Positions 42,353 to 51,339 of a DNA stretch of 64,000 nt are shown here, piece by piece; position 1 is the stretch's first letter, and each line of letters opens with the position of its first letter. This DNA comes from Lysobacter sp. Lineage in GTDB: Bacteria > Pseudomonadota > Gammaproteobacteria > Xanthomonadales > Xanthomonadaceae. Where the stretch lies: NCBI GenBank assembly GCA_050737755.1, contig JBOHYC010000155.1, forward strand, positions 1,401 to 65,400, given 5' to 3'. The notes below the pieces were generated by a model. That model was not told the origin of the DNA and made no database searches. It saw only the letters and a list, made by a program, of their open reading frames with translations. A program made the translations under genes and the position numbers.

Positions 42353-44242
42353 TCAGTCGACATCGCCAGCCGCCTTCTGCTTCCCGTCCTTGGCCTTCTT
42401 AACCGTCTTGCGCAGCGGCTTCGGCAGCCACTTCTTGGCCGTCAGCAACGGGCCAGCGCGCGCGATCAGGTCCTTCTTCTTGAGCTTGGCCAGCGGTACC
42501 GCTTCCTTCTTGCCGCACGCTTCGGCGACCGCCTTCAGCACCACCTCACTCGATACCCGGCCCAGGTACTGCTTCGCATCCGGCTTCCAGTGGTCGGCCA
42601 TGTCGAAGTCGATCATGCCGTGCAGGCGATCGACACCGGCGTTGGTACCGCGATTGACAGTGCCGTCGAAGGCCGCGCCCACGCCCAGGGCCAGCAGCTC
42701 CAGCAGGTTCTTCACCGGCAGTGCCACGAGCCACTGCAGCAAATCGGGGCGCTTGATGACCTCCTTGATCCGCTTCTGGTCCTTCCCATGCTGCGCGATC
42801 AGCACTGGATCGAGGTCTGGCGCCAGCGCCACCAGGTCGGGCCCGGCCGTACAGGTGAGTCCGCTGAGCACTTCCGACCCCGACCAGCGCTCGCTGACGT
42901 TCTTGAGCACCCGTTCCACGACCAGGGCGAGCGCCAGGTGCGAGTCTCCTGCAACGTGATAGCGCGCGACCGCACTACGGTGGGCTGACAGCGACCGCAT
43001 CACCGCATCGCTGTGCTCCGGTTTGGCCGGCTTCTTGGCCACGGCCGGTTTCACCACTGCCCCCTTCGCCAATTTCTCGCCCGGCCGCAGTCGGCCGTCG
43101 TGGATCTCGATGCCGTGGTAGCCGAACGTGACAACGGCGCCGGCGACGGCTTTCACCTCTGGTGGGAACACGACCAGCGCGGCCTCGATCGCTTCCTTCT
43201 CCTCCTCGAGGTCGCCGGCCTCGTCGTACAGCGCATTGATCTCCTTTTGCTCCTCCTCGGACGCCTCGTCGCCGGGCGCTTCCAGCGCGCTCAGGCGCTC
43301 CTCGATCTCGGCATCGCGCTTGGCGATCACGTCCAGCCGCGCCGCCTGCTCCGCGGTGGGGTCCAGCTTCACCCGCTCGACCGGCACTGGTCGGTAGGCC
43401 GCCCGGTCCTCGTAGGAGAACTCCGGCTTGATGTCCACCCACCCCCACCCGTCCGCCTGCAGGGCCGCGGCCGTTGTTTCCAGCTTCTCGGTGACCAGGC
43501 GGTCCAGCAGGGCCGAGTCCGCCAGATAGCCCTGATCCCGCTCCGCGAACAGATCCCGCACCACCCGGCCGCCGGCGGCCTCATACACGTCCAGCCCGAC
43601 CAGTTTGACCCGGTCGTCCGAGGGCAACACCAACTCGTTGGTCAGCGCGCGCCGAAGGCTATGGGCTTGGCGCTCGTAGTCGTGCTTGACCCCGAACCAC
43701 GCCTTCTCCTGCGCGGTGTGGTCATCGCTCAGCGCCAGTATCTGCATCTGCTCCAGGTTCGCCTTGCCGGCGCGGTATACCTCGACCAGCTTCGGGCTGA
43801 CGTTGGCCAGCTTCAGCCGCTGCTTCACCACCAGCTCGCTGACGCTGAAGCGAGCGGCGACGTCGGCGATGGTCGCCTGGTCCTGCTCGATCATCGTCTT
43901 GAACGCTTCGCACTGGTCCGCCGGGTGCATCGGCTCGGTGAACGCGTTGGCCGCGGCGCTCAGCTCCGTCGCCGATCCGTGGTCGGGTCGCACCAGGCAC
44001 GGCACGGCGAAGCCGTGTTCGATGGCCTTCTTCTTGGCCAGCTGCTGCAGCGCGGCCAGGCGCCGGCCGCCGTCGATGACCTCGAACGTGCCATCGCTGC
44101 GCGGGAGCACCGTCAGGTTATGCAGCAGGCCGTGCTCGGTGATGCTGGTGGCCAGCGCGCGGATGGCGTGGCCGGCGGCGGTCTTGCGTACGTTGCTGGG
44201 CGATGTGACCAGCTGGTCGAGCGGGATGTTCTGGAGTTGCAT
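42353..44242 (-). CDS. Large ParB/RepB/Spo0J-family protein (629 aa)
   Basis: NVRKT..LA.SI..HGLLHNL.V..VIDGGRRL.AL; N......MHPADQ.EAF; HTH. Confidence 0.9.
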   Translation of the reverse strand: MQLQNIPLDQLVTSPSNVRKTAAGHAIRALATSITEHGLLHNLTVLPRSDGTFEVIDGGRRLAALQQLAKKKAIEHGFAVPCLVRPDHGSATELSAAANAFTEPMHPADQCEAFKTMIEQDQATIADVAARFSVSELVVKQRLKLANVSPKLVEVYRAGKANLEQMQILALSDDHTAQEKAWFGVKHDYERQAHSLRRALTNELVLPSDDRVKLVGLDVYEAAGGRVVRDLFAERDQGYLADSALLDRLVTEKLETTAAALQADGWGWVDIKPEFSYEDRAAYRPVPVERVKLDPTAEQAARLDVIAKRDAEIEERLSALEAPGDEASEEEQKEINALYDEAGDLEEEKEAIEAALVVFPPEVKAVAGAVVTFGYHGIEIHDGRLRPGEKLAKGAVVKPAVAKKPAKPEHSDAVMRSLSAHRSAVARYHVAGDSHLALALVVERVLKNVSERWSGSEVLSGLTCTAGPDLVALAPDLDPVLIAQHGKDQKRIKEVIKRPDLLQWLVALPVKNLLELLALGVGAAFDGTVNRGTNAGVDRLHGMIDFDMADHWKPDAKQYLGRVSSEVVLKAVAEACGKKEAVPLAKLKKKDLIARAGPLLTAKKWLPKPLRKTVKKAKDGKQKAAGDVD

Positions 44243-44291
44243 GGGGGAGTTCTCCTGGGTGGGACTGCTGTTGCTCGCGGTCGCCCGGTCC

Positions 44292-44741
44292 TCAGACCAG
44301 CTCGATCCGGAATGGGTAGTGGTGGTGGACCTCGCGCTGCTTGATCCGGAACGCCGGCGTCTCCCGGCCCTTGGCGTCGACGTAGTGCAGGCTCCCGTCG
44401 GCGTGTACCTCGAGGAAGTCGATCACCAGCTTCGTGCCGCCCGGCAGGTGGATCGGCACCTGCCGCAGGAAGTAGATGACCTCGCCGGCAGCCTTCCGCA
44501 GTTTCAGCTGCTCGTAGTACTTGGCCTCGCGCTTGGAATCGAAGCGGATCCCGTCGACGTGTGTCACTACCGCGCCGTACTTGCTGCGCTTCGGCTCGGT
44601 GGGTTCGGCCGGCGTGGTGGCTAGCGGTACCGGCGCCTTCGGCAACGGGATCCCGGCTTGCGACTCCCGGTACAGCTTCAGCATCCCAGGCGGCATGTCG
44701 CTCTCGGACGAGAACCGCAGCGATCGCTTGCCGCTGCTCAC
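44292..44741 (-). CDS. DUF1064-like PD-(D/E)xK endonuclease / resolvase-like protein (149 aa)
   Basis: SKYGA....VDGIRFDSKREA.YY..L; IDF....YVDAKG. Confidence 0.85.
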   Translation of the reverse strand: MSSGKRSLRFSSESDMPPGMLKLYRESQAGIPLPKAPVPLATTPAEPTEPKRSKYGAVVTHVDGIRFDSKREAKYYEQLKLRKAAGEVIYFLRQVPIHLPGGTKLVIDFLEVHADGSLHYVDAKGRETPAFRIKQREVHHHYPFRIELV

Positions 44742-45268
44742 GCGACCGGAACCTCGACACCGGCCTGACTGAGCTGCCGACGGGCACGCTCGTTGATGTC
44801 CTGCATTTCCCGCAGGAACCGGTAGCACGCGCCGCTGATCTCGTCGTGGACGTTCAACAGCGTGTACAGCTGCGGCCGCGACAGGTTCTCGTACGGGTTG
44901 TCCGGCAGCGGCGCCGGCGGCGTGAGCGCGAAGTCGTCCACGCCCTCCTCGTCCAGCAGCGGTGCCATCGGGATCGGCGCCGTCCGGTTGTACTCGCCCA
45001 CCGGTCGCCACATGGGCTCCGCCCGGCCCGCGCGGACGTTCGCGCGTTCGCCGTCCTTCTGCACCAGTCCCCGGGTTTCCAGCGCGCGCAGGTGGCCGGC
45101 GATCGCCGCGGGGCTCGCGCCGCGCCAGCAATCGTCCGGATGTGCCTCGGCCGGGCCCAGCACCGCAATGTGTTCGGCCACGTCGCCGGCAGTCATCGGC
45201 CGGAAGTTGCGCAGCAACACGGCAAGCGCGAAGTCCTGCCGGTACTCACGGAACACGTCATCGTTCAT
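44738..45268 (-). CDS. Winged-helix hypothetical protein (176 aa)
   Basis: MTAGDVA..AIAGHLRALETRGLV. Confidence 0.7.
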   Translation of the reverse strand: MNDDVFREYRQDFALAVLLRNFRPMTAGDVAEHIAVLGPAEAHPDDCWRGASPAAIAGHLRALETRGLVQKDGERANVRAGRAEPMWRPVGEYNRTAPIPMAPLLDEEGVDDFALTPPAPLPDNPYENLSRPQLYTLLNVHDEISGACYRFLREMQDINERARRQLSQAGVEVPVA

Positions 45269-46074
45269 TGCTGTTTTCCCCTGAGGCTTGGCCAATCGAA
45301 GGTGAGCGTGAAACTGCCGTCGTCGCGGAAGCGGTCGACCACCCGCGGGCCCAGGTACGTCTTCAGCCCCGGGCGCTTCTGCCCGTTGACCTCGTAGTCG
45401 TCCATCGGCAGGTTGCTGGTGAGGAACGTCGGGCGCCGCTCCTGGTAGCGGCCGTTGAGGACCTCGAACAACATCGAGACCTCCGCATCGCTACCCACGC
45501 TGGTACCGACGTCGTCGAGGATCAGCAGGTCCGGCGCCAGCAAGTCATCGAGCGCCTCGCGCTCGGTACGCCCTCGCCTGCCCCACGTGTCCCGCTGGTG
45601 CCGCACCGCGCCGTAGGCCGACATGAACGCCACCGTCGCGCCCTCGCTGCGCATCACCGCATGGGCGACGCACAGCGCTAGGCCGGTCTTGCCGGTGCCG
45701 GCGCCACCCACCAGCAGCCCGCTGATTCCGCGCGGTCGTACCGACTGCCAGCGGTTGGCGTAGCTGCGCAGGATGGTCACAGCGCGCGGCAGCGGGTCCG
45801 TCAGCGGGAACGTGTCGAACGTGTATTCCAGGTACCGCAGCGGGATGCCTGCTGCGCCGACGCGGGCCTCGATCTCCTCCTGCTTGCGCTTCACCTTGTC
45901 CGCCAGGCGCTGGCGTTCGGCTTCCACCTGGTCGGCCTTGGCGAGGGCATCGGTCTCGCAGCGGAAGCAAGTGCCCTGGGCGTTCAACGTGCTCCACGGG
46001 TGCAGCTCGCAGGGGTTGACCGGCGCCTCGGGTGCCGGGGTGTCAGCTGTCTCGGAGTTCTGGGGGGAGTTCAT
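45265..46074 (-). CDS. DnaC/IstB-like helicase loader ATPase (269 aa)
   Basis: GGAGTGKT Walker A; LLILDDVG Walker B; RPTFLTSN. Confidence 0.9.
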   Translation of the reverse strand: MNSPQNSETADTPAPEAPVNPCELHPWSTLNAQGTCFRCETDALAKADQVEAERQRLADKVKRKQEEIEARVGAAGIPLRYLEYTFDTFPLTDPLPRAVTILRSYANRWQSVRPRGISGLLVGGAGTGKTGLALCVAHAVMRSEGATVAFMSAYGAVRHQRDTWGRRGRTEREALDDLLAPDLLILDDVGTSVGSDAEVSMLFEVLNGRYQERRPTFLTSNLPMDDYEVNGQKRPGLKTYLGPRVVDRFRDDGSFTLTFDWPSLRGKQQ

Positions 46075-46927
46075 CGTCTGGCGTGCCTTCGTAGCGGACG
46101 TTGCTGAAGTCGTCGTTGGCTCGCGGTCGGGGCGGACCTTGCCCTCGGCCGCGCCCGGTCTTCTTCGTGTTCACTGGCAACGCCAGGCCGGCCTTGATCG
46201 TCTCGTTGAGCGACTCATCGAGGTCCACCCCGTCGGCAAGCAGCCGGCGGAAGTCCTGCAGCAGCAATTGGTACGCGGCGATCGACAGCGGTCGGCGGAT
46301 CGCCTTGCGGTGTTTGACGAAGCTCGCCCACACCGGCAGCGACAACGTCGCGGGCAAATTCGCCAGGTAGGGGTCCACGCAGTCGGTGCGCTCGAACTGG
46401 CTCAGCGCCTCGTACTCGGCGTAGCGGGCGGTTGTCAGCCCCGGGTCTTCGGCATCGCCGTCGAATCCGAGCTCGCGCCCACGCTCATCATCACCAGTGG
46501 GTGCTTTTAGCTCTTGGTTGCTTTTATAGAGTGCGGCTGCCGCACCCCCCGGTTTGCGGTTTCCCGCATCATGCGGTTCCCGCACCCCTGCGCCTGCCGC
46601 ACCCCTGCGGTTCCCGCACCCTGCGCCAGCCGCACCCTTTTGGGGCTGGGGCTGCAGCAAATCCTGCTGTCGCAAACGGTCGAGATTGAGGGAATACAGC
46701 GTGTGCTTTCCGGGTAGCTGGCTGCGCGTGAGGTAGTCCTCCGCCTCCAGTTCGGCGATAGAGTCGTAAACGGTGCGCAGGCCCATTGAGCACATCCGGC
46801 GTAGCGTCTCGACCCCTGGGTAGCCCTGTCCTTGGTTGTTGACCTGATCGGCCAACGCGAGCAGCAGCATCTTCCGTGTCAACGGCAGATTGAGATCCCA
46901 TATGAGAGCGGTAATCTTGGTGCTCAC
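46043..46927 (-). CDS. Replication initiator with N-terminal wHTH (294 aa)
   Basis: KMLLLALAD..N.QG..YPGVETL; C-terminal W..F.KHRKAIRRPL. Confidence 0.85.
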   Translation of the reverse strand: MSTKITALIWDLNLPLTRKMLLLALADQVNNQGQGYPGVETLRRMCSMGLRTVYDSIAELEAEDYLTRSQLPGKHTLYSLNLDRLRQQDLLQPQPQKGAAGAGCGNRRGAAGAGVREPHDAGNRKPGGAAAALYKSNQELKAPTGDDERGRELGFDGDAEDPGLTTARYAEYEALSQFERTDCVDPYLANLPATLSLPVWASFVKHRKAIRRPLSIAAYQLLLQDFRRLLADGVDLDESLNETIKAGLALPVNTKKTGRGRGQGPPRPRANDDFSNVRYEGTPDDELPPELRDS

Positions 46928-47301
46928 GCCGTCGCCGCTTCCCGCACGGCCACGCTACGGCCATGTCCCTTGGCGTCGTGGCTGACGGCCACGGCCGGAC
47001 ACCCGCACGGATCCACGTTGGCGGGCGGTGACCTCTGCTCGCGCATCAACCGCGCCCAGGTCTCGTGCACCGTCGCCAGTTGCTGCGCCCATCGGAACCC
47101 CGTAGCGCGGCTGACGTTCCAGCGCGCGGCGATCGCCTCGGCCGTGGGCGCCTGCCGGTGCGTGATCGTCCACAGCACCACCTCGATCTCAGGCAGTGGC
47201 ACCGGGCCGCCGAAGCGGGCCCAGTACAGGACGTCGAGTGCTTGGGTGAATTTGCAGCCCTTGGGCTGGCTTTGCGTCCCCTTCCCCCTTGGTGTCGTCA
47301 T
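46924..47301 (-). CDS. HTH-like hypothetical protein (125 aa)
   Basis: IAARWNVSRATGFRW; coupled ORF. Confidence 0.65.
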   Translation of the reverse strand: MTTPRGKGTQSQPKGCKFTQALDVLYWARFGGPVPLPEIEVVLWTITHRQAPTAEAIAARWNVSRATGFRWAQQLATVHETWARLMREQRSPPANVDPCGCPAVAVSHDAKGHGRSVAVREAATA

Positions 47302-47817
47302 CTATGGGCACCCCATTGCAGCCGGGAGGCCTTGCGCAGGGTCGAGTCCGTAGCTGAAGCGCAATGGCTGCCCCGGCACCAACGCGACTGCGCCCTGCTT
47401 GGGTGCCGGCGCCGGCGCCGCCAGGCGCGACAACTCGGCCGCAGCGCCAGCAACGCTGCGCTCGCAGCCCTCGTAGGCCACGGCGATGCGCTCAAGCAGC
47501 TGCTGGCGGCGCTCGTCGGTGGGGATCCGGCGAACTTCGTACCCCAGGTCCGTGGCCATCGCCAGGAACAGCTGGTGCCGGTCGAAGCGCTTCATCAGCG
47601 CCCAGAGCTCGCCGGTCTTGAAGAACTCCGACTTGTTCGGGTTCAGGCATCCGTTGAACCGCGCCACCGCCGCGTCCCAGCTCAGCGTCTTCGCGTCCCA
47701 GAACCCCTCGTCGAAGAGGAACTGGATCATGTCGCGCTTCAGGTGCGGGTCGTTGCCAAACGTATCGCGCATCGCGTCCAGCGCCATGCGCAGCCATTGC
47801 TCATCGATCCATGCCAT
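47302..47817 (-). CDS. CII-like regulatory protein (171 aa)
   Basis: Position downstream of cro; helical; coupled to the next gene. Confidence 0.55.
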   Translation of the reverse strand: MAWIDEQWLRMALDAMRDTFGNDPHLKRDMIQFLFDEGFWDAKTLSWDAAVARFNGCLNPNKSEFFKTGELWALMKRFDRHQLFLAMATDLGYEVRRIPTDERRQQLLERIAVAYEGCERSVAGAAAELSRLAAPAPAPKQGAVALVPGQPLRFSYGLDPAQGLPAAMGCP

Positions 47818-47978
47818 GTGGGTGTTCTCGGCGTCGGGTGAAAAAAGAGCGGCCGTCAGCCATCACCGACGACGGGGGGGCAGTCGGTGCCAGGCGGCTG
47901 GCGGCCGCGGGAAAGAGGTGGCGATCTCCGGGGTAGGCTTGCGATGCCCGTCCCAAGCCAAAACCACAGGAGATCGCC

Positions 47979-48284
47979 GTGAGCGTGAGTCGTGAAGAGT
48001 TCGAACAACTGCGTGGACACGTGCTCAACGAGCTGCGTGCGCAGGCAGAAGCCATCGATGGGCTGCGTGGTGAGCTCGCTGTCACCAACATGGCGGTGCA
48101 GGCGCTCATGCGCGCGGGCTCCGCTCCGGGTGAGGTGCTTCACCGGGTGTTCGAACAGTTCGCTGCCCAGCACCTGGCGCGCGAGTGGTCACCCATCGCT
48201 GCGGAAGCAGCCAACGAAGCGCTCGGCGCCATCCGGAGGCAGGTCGAGGAGATGCGGCAGGAGACTCTCGCGCGTCATACGTGA
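47979..48284 (+). CDS. Hypothetical helical protein (101 aa), opposite to the cro operon
   Basis: ACAGGAG RBS before GTG. Confidence 0.6.
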   Translation: MSVSREEFEQLRGHVLNELRAQAEAIDGLRGELAVTNMAVQALMRAGSAPGEVLHRVFEQFAAQHLAREWSPIAAEAANEALGAIRRQVEEMRQETLARHT

Positions 48285-48486
48285 ACTGCGTGCCGCAGCT
48301 GTTGCGGGACCGCTCGAAAGTCCTCTCGTAGGCTGACCAGTCGAAGGTCACATCGCCGGAGTAGCTGATCTGGTCGCTACCGTGCTGCTCCAGCGCGCGC
48401 ACGCGCCGCTCCAGCTCGCCAAGACGCCGCCCTGCACCTCCGTGCACCGCCACGCGAGGATTGCCGAGGATGCGCCTGCCCATCAC
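48106..48486 (-). CDS. Possible hypothetical protein downstream of cro
   Basis: ATGA overlap with the cro stop, but the 3' half overlaps 47979-48284 antisense. Confidence 0.35.
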   Translation of the reverse strand: MMGRRILGNPRVAVHGGAGRRLGELERRVRALEQHGSDQISYSGDVTFDWSAYERTFERSRNSCGTQFTYDARESPAASPRPASGWRRALRWLLPQRWVTTRAPGAGQRTVRTPGEAPHPERSPRA

Positions 48487-48728
48487 TGTGCCGCCCCAGT
48501 GGTTGGCGGCTGCATTTCGGCTGCAGGCGGTGGTTGAACGCCTTCGAAGGCATCGAGCGCCTCGATCAACCGCTGGAGGCTGGCCACGGTCGGGTTCGTC
48601 TCATGTCCCTGGGCGAACTTCGTCAGGGAGCTGTAGCTGATTCCGGACGCGCGATGGAATTCGGCGTAGCGGCCTTCCAGCTTCCGCAGCCGATCCCGGG
48701 TTTCTTCCAACAATCGCTGTGCATCCAT
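48483..48728 (-). CDS. Cro-like XRE repressor (81 aa)
   Basis: YAEFHRASGISYSSLTKFAQG...NPTVASLQRL; divergent from cI. Confidence 0.8.
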   Translation of the reverse strand: MDAQRLLEETRDRLRKLEGRYAEFHRASGISYSSLTKFAQGHETNPTVASLQRLIEALDAFEGVQPPPAAEMQPPTTGAAQ

Positions 48729-48738
48729 TTCGGGGAAG

Positions 48739-48800
48739 CTATCACTATGCCGATAGGCAATCAACCGCCATGTCGATAACGCCCATCGGTAGCCTGCTAA
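48739..48800. promoter_or_regulatory. OR-like operator cluster
   Basis: 18-bp sites near consensus CTATCRGT-N2-ACYGATAG at 48739 (good), 48762 and 48783 (degenerate). Confidence 0.65.
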
Positions 48801-48802
48801 AG

Positions 48803-49189
48803 ATGGCGACCACCCGTGAAACAGCGTTGGCACTGGCCGGCAACCTCAAACGGTTGATGGATCACCACGAGTTGTCGCAGGCCCAGTTGTCGAAAAAGGC
48901 TGGTGTCGGGCAAAGCACCCTCTCGAATCTCCTCGACTCCAGTTCCCCACTGGAAATCAATCCGCGGGCCGACACCATCGAGCGCCTGGCGGACTATTTC
49001 GGGATCCCAAGTTGGCAGCTCCTGATCCCGGACCTGCCCTTGCAGTTGCTGATGAACCAGCGGCTTTCCAAGCTCATCGAGAACTATCGGGATGCCCCTG
49101 AAAACGGGCGAGAAAACATCAACCGCGTCGCCGAGAGCGAAGTCCGGTACGCGGCAGTGAACGCTGGATTGAAGAAGACCGGTAGCTAA
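48803..49189 (+). CDS. CI-like XRE repressor without S24 peptidase domain (128 aa; alternative start 48770)
   Basis: LSQAQLSKKAGVGQSTLSNLL HTH; divergent from cro. Confidence 0.85.
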   Translation: MATTRETALALAGNLKRLMDHHELSQAQLSKKAGVGQSTLSNLLDSSSPLEINPRADTIERLADYFGIPSWQLLIPDLPLQLLMNQRLSKLIENYRDAPENGRENINRVAESEVRYAAVNAGLKKTGS

Positions 49190-49202
49190 CCAGGGGGAAC
49201 GC

Positions 49203-49820
49203 GTGGCCAACACCGGAAGCGGCATGCAGGGAATTGCGTTGCTCGGTGGACTGCCCACGGGTCTCGGCGCCATGTCGCAGGGCTACGTTGGCGTAGGGCT
49301 TGTCACCCTTCTCCTGTCTGCAGGCCTGTTCTACCTTGGCTCTCAAGCGGAACAGGATGTCGAAGAGGCCCGCGACGACCGGCAATCCATGCAGTCCGCG
49401 CCTTCGGCTGGTCCCGCCAACGTCCTACCGCCGCCAACCGTAGAATCGCGCGTCGACGCCGAGGTGAACCGCATCGAGAACGCGTGGATGGTCGACGAGC
49501 TCAGCGATTCCGAGCGAAATGACGCGTACCGCGCTCTTGGGCACACCTTCGACGCCGTGCGCGGTGGCACCCCTGTCATCCGAGCTGCAGAGCTTCTCGA
49601 CGACGGGTGCGATGTCGGCGGCTTCTTCGATGCGTTGAGCTTCCAGGGCGAATATGAAGCTCTCTGGGACGCTGCCCATGGCGACGAACCCGTACGCTTG
49701 GCCTTCATAGCCGCATTCAACGCGGAAGTGGAGATTGCAGCTGCAGGCAATCAGTCGCGCTCCCTCATCGAGGTCATCGATGACGTGAACCGACTCATGC
49801 AGGCGAAAGGCCTGATCTAA
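49203..49820 (+). CDS. Membrane-anchored accessory protein co-oriented with cI (205 aa)
   Basis: GGGGA RBS; N-terminal hydrophobic helices. Confidence 0.75.
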   Translation: MANTGSGMQGIALLGGLPTGLGAMSQGYVGVGLVTLLLSAGLFYLGSQAEQDVEEARDDRQSMQSAPSAGPANVLPPPTVESRVDAEVNRIENAWMVDELSDSERNDAYRALGHTFDAVRGGTPVIRAAELLDDGCDVGGFFDALSFQGEYEALWDAAHGDEPVRLAFIAAFNAEVEIAAAGNQSRSLIEVIDDVNRLMQAKGLI

Positions 49821-49858
49821 GGCGAACTAGGACGAACTACCGGTTCGCGCGCTACCGC

Positions 49859-49907
49859 CTATCGGTATGCCGCTTGACACACCGCATAACTATCGGTTTA
49901 CTGATAG
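49859..49907 (+). promoter_or_regulatory. pL-like promoter with OL operators
   Basis: TTGACA at 49874, TTTACT at 49897; operator CTATCGGT-TT-ACTGATAG at 49890-49907 and a half-site at 49859. Confidence 0.75.
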
Positions 49908-49931
49908 CCGTCCCTCCCACGGAGACGGTCA

Positions 49932-50057
49932 GTGAAGCAGCTCCCCATCGTTGAACAGCAGCACGAGAACCGCGCCTTGCTCGCCTGCCTGGTGCTGGCC
50001 GCGATCGGTGTCGCCCTCCGGGTCACGGAGCTCGCCGGGCTCTGGAGCGCACCATGA
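49932..50057 (+). CDS. 41-aa membrane peptide, first gene of the early-left operon
   Basis: GGAG RBS, GTG start, ATGA overlap with the next gene. Confidence 0.6.
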   Translation: MKQLPIVEQQHENRALLACLVLAAIGVALRVTELAGLWSAP

Positions 50058-50290
50058 GTCGCTCCACGTTCACGGGCGCCGCGACGGACTACCTGCCCAA
50101 GCCGGACAACGATCCAGCGCCGGTCGCTGAGCCCACCGAGCCCACCGGCTTCCGCGTGCTGGTCCCGCTCACCGAGGCCGAGGCCAGTGCCGCCCGGCTG
50201 GCCCACGCGACTTGGCAGCGCAATCGCCTCCTTGAGGAGCCCGAACCGGTCGCCCCTCCGGTTGCGCCCACCACGGCGGTCAAGCCATGA
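50054..50290 (+). CDS. Hypothetical protein (78 aa)
   Basis: Coupled ORF. Confidence 0.65.
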   Translation: MSRSTFTGAATDYLPKPDNDPAPVAEPTEPTGFRVLVPLTEAEASAARLAHATWQRNRLLEEPEPVAPPVAPTTAVKP

Positions 50291-50619
50291 CCGCGCGCGT
50301 TGTACCGGCACTGCGCCTGTTGGGCGAAGGCCTCGACGCCATCATCCAGTGCACCGCGCGCGCTGGCTTCCTGGGCCCCGTGCACGACTCCAGCTTGCCC
50401 ATCGCGCCGACGCCCGAGCAGCGCCTGGAGCGCTACGAGACGGCCAGCACCCTGTTCCGCGGCGACGGCGCCAAGCAGTACCAGGAGCGCTGCGACCGGG
50501 GCGAGCGCCTCCAGCACCACTGGGCCTGCGTCGGGTTCAAGCCGGCCGGCCGCAGCGTGGTGCTGTTCCCCCGCAAGCCCCGCTCCACCCGCCGCGCGCT
50601 GCGCTCGGTGCCGGCATGA
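50287..50619 (+). CDS. Hypothetical protein (110 aa)
   Basis: Coupled ORF. Confidence 0.65.
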   Translation: MTARVVPALRLLGEGLDAIIQCTARAGFLGPVHDSSLPIAPTPEQRLERYETASTLFRGDGAKQYQERCDRGERLQHHWACVGFKPAGRSVVLFPRKPRSTRRALRSVPA

Positions 50620-50888
50620 GCGACATCACCATCAAGCTCGCACCGCGGGTGGATCTCCAGATCAAACGCAGCGATTCCGGCCGCATCGCCATGTACACCT
50701 GGCTGCGCCCCAGCCGCCGCCAGGGTTCCAAGATCGTGGGCTCTGTCCACCCCAAGGCCAGCGATGTGCGCGTCTACTTGCACGACGGCGCTCATACCCT
50801 GCAAACCGACGAGGCGTTGTTCTACGTTTCGGCCGATGACGTTGCAGCCGTGTGCGAGTTCCTCGGCATCCAGGTGCAGTCGGCATGA
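50616..50888 (+). CDS. Hypothetical protein (90 aa, MSDITIKLAP..)
   Basis: ATGA overlaps at both ends. Confidence 0.65.
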   Translation: MSDITIKLAPRVDLQIKRSDSGRIAMYTWLRPSRRQGSKIVGSVHPKASDVRVYLHDGAHTLQTDEALFYVSADDVAAVCEFLGIQVQSA

Positions 50889-51337
50889 GCGCACCCACTT
50901 CAATCGCCCCCAACGGCGTCGCTCTCAATCTGGGGAAAGACGCGGAGCCGACGTCGTTGGGGGCGTCCCCCTTCCCGCATGACCTGGGCCACTGGATCCA
51001 CGGCAAGCGCCTGCGCGTGTGCCTGACTCCGCGCGAGTACGGCGCGATCAGCGTGTACATCGCGGTACCGGCCCACGCACTTCCGCACCCGGCGCGCTAT
51101 GGCGTGCACGTCAACTCCGATCACCAGGCGGTGGAGCAGTTCCTGCCCGGCGAGCTCGAGGTCGACGTCGCCACCAACACCCTGCGCGGATCGCGCGCGG
51201 GTTGCCCGACCTATTGCCCCGCGTACCGCGTCGGCTTTTCGCTCGAGCTCGAGCCGGACATGACCGCCGACGTCGCCCTGGCCGTCCGCCATTGCAACAC
51301 CCTCGCCCGCCTCATGGCCTCGCAGCAGGAGCCGTAA
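50885..51337 (+). CDS. Hypothetical protein (150 aa)
   Basis: ATGA overlap. Confidence 0.65.
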   Translation: MSAPTSIAPNGVALNLGKDAEPTSLGASPFPHDLGHWIHGKRLRVCLTPREYGAISVYIAVPAHALPHPARYGVHVNSDHQAVEQFLPGELEVDVATNTLRGSRAGCPTYCPAYRVGFSLELEPDMTADVALAVRHCNTLARLMASQQEP

Positions 51338-51339
51338 CC

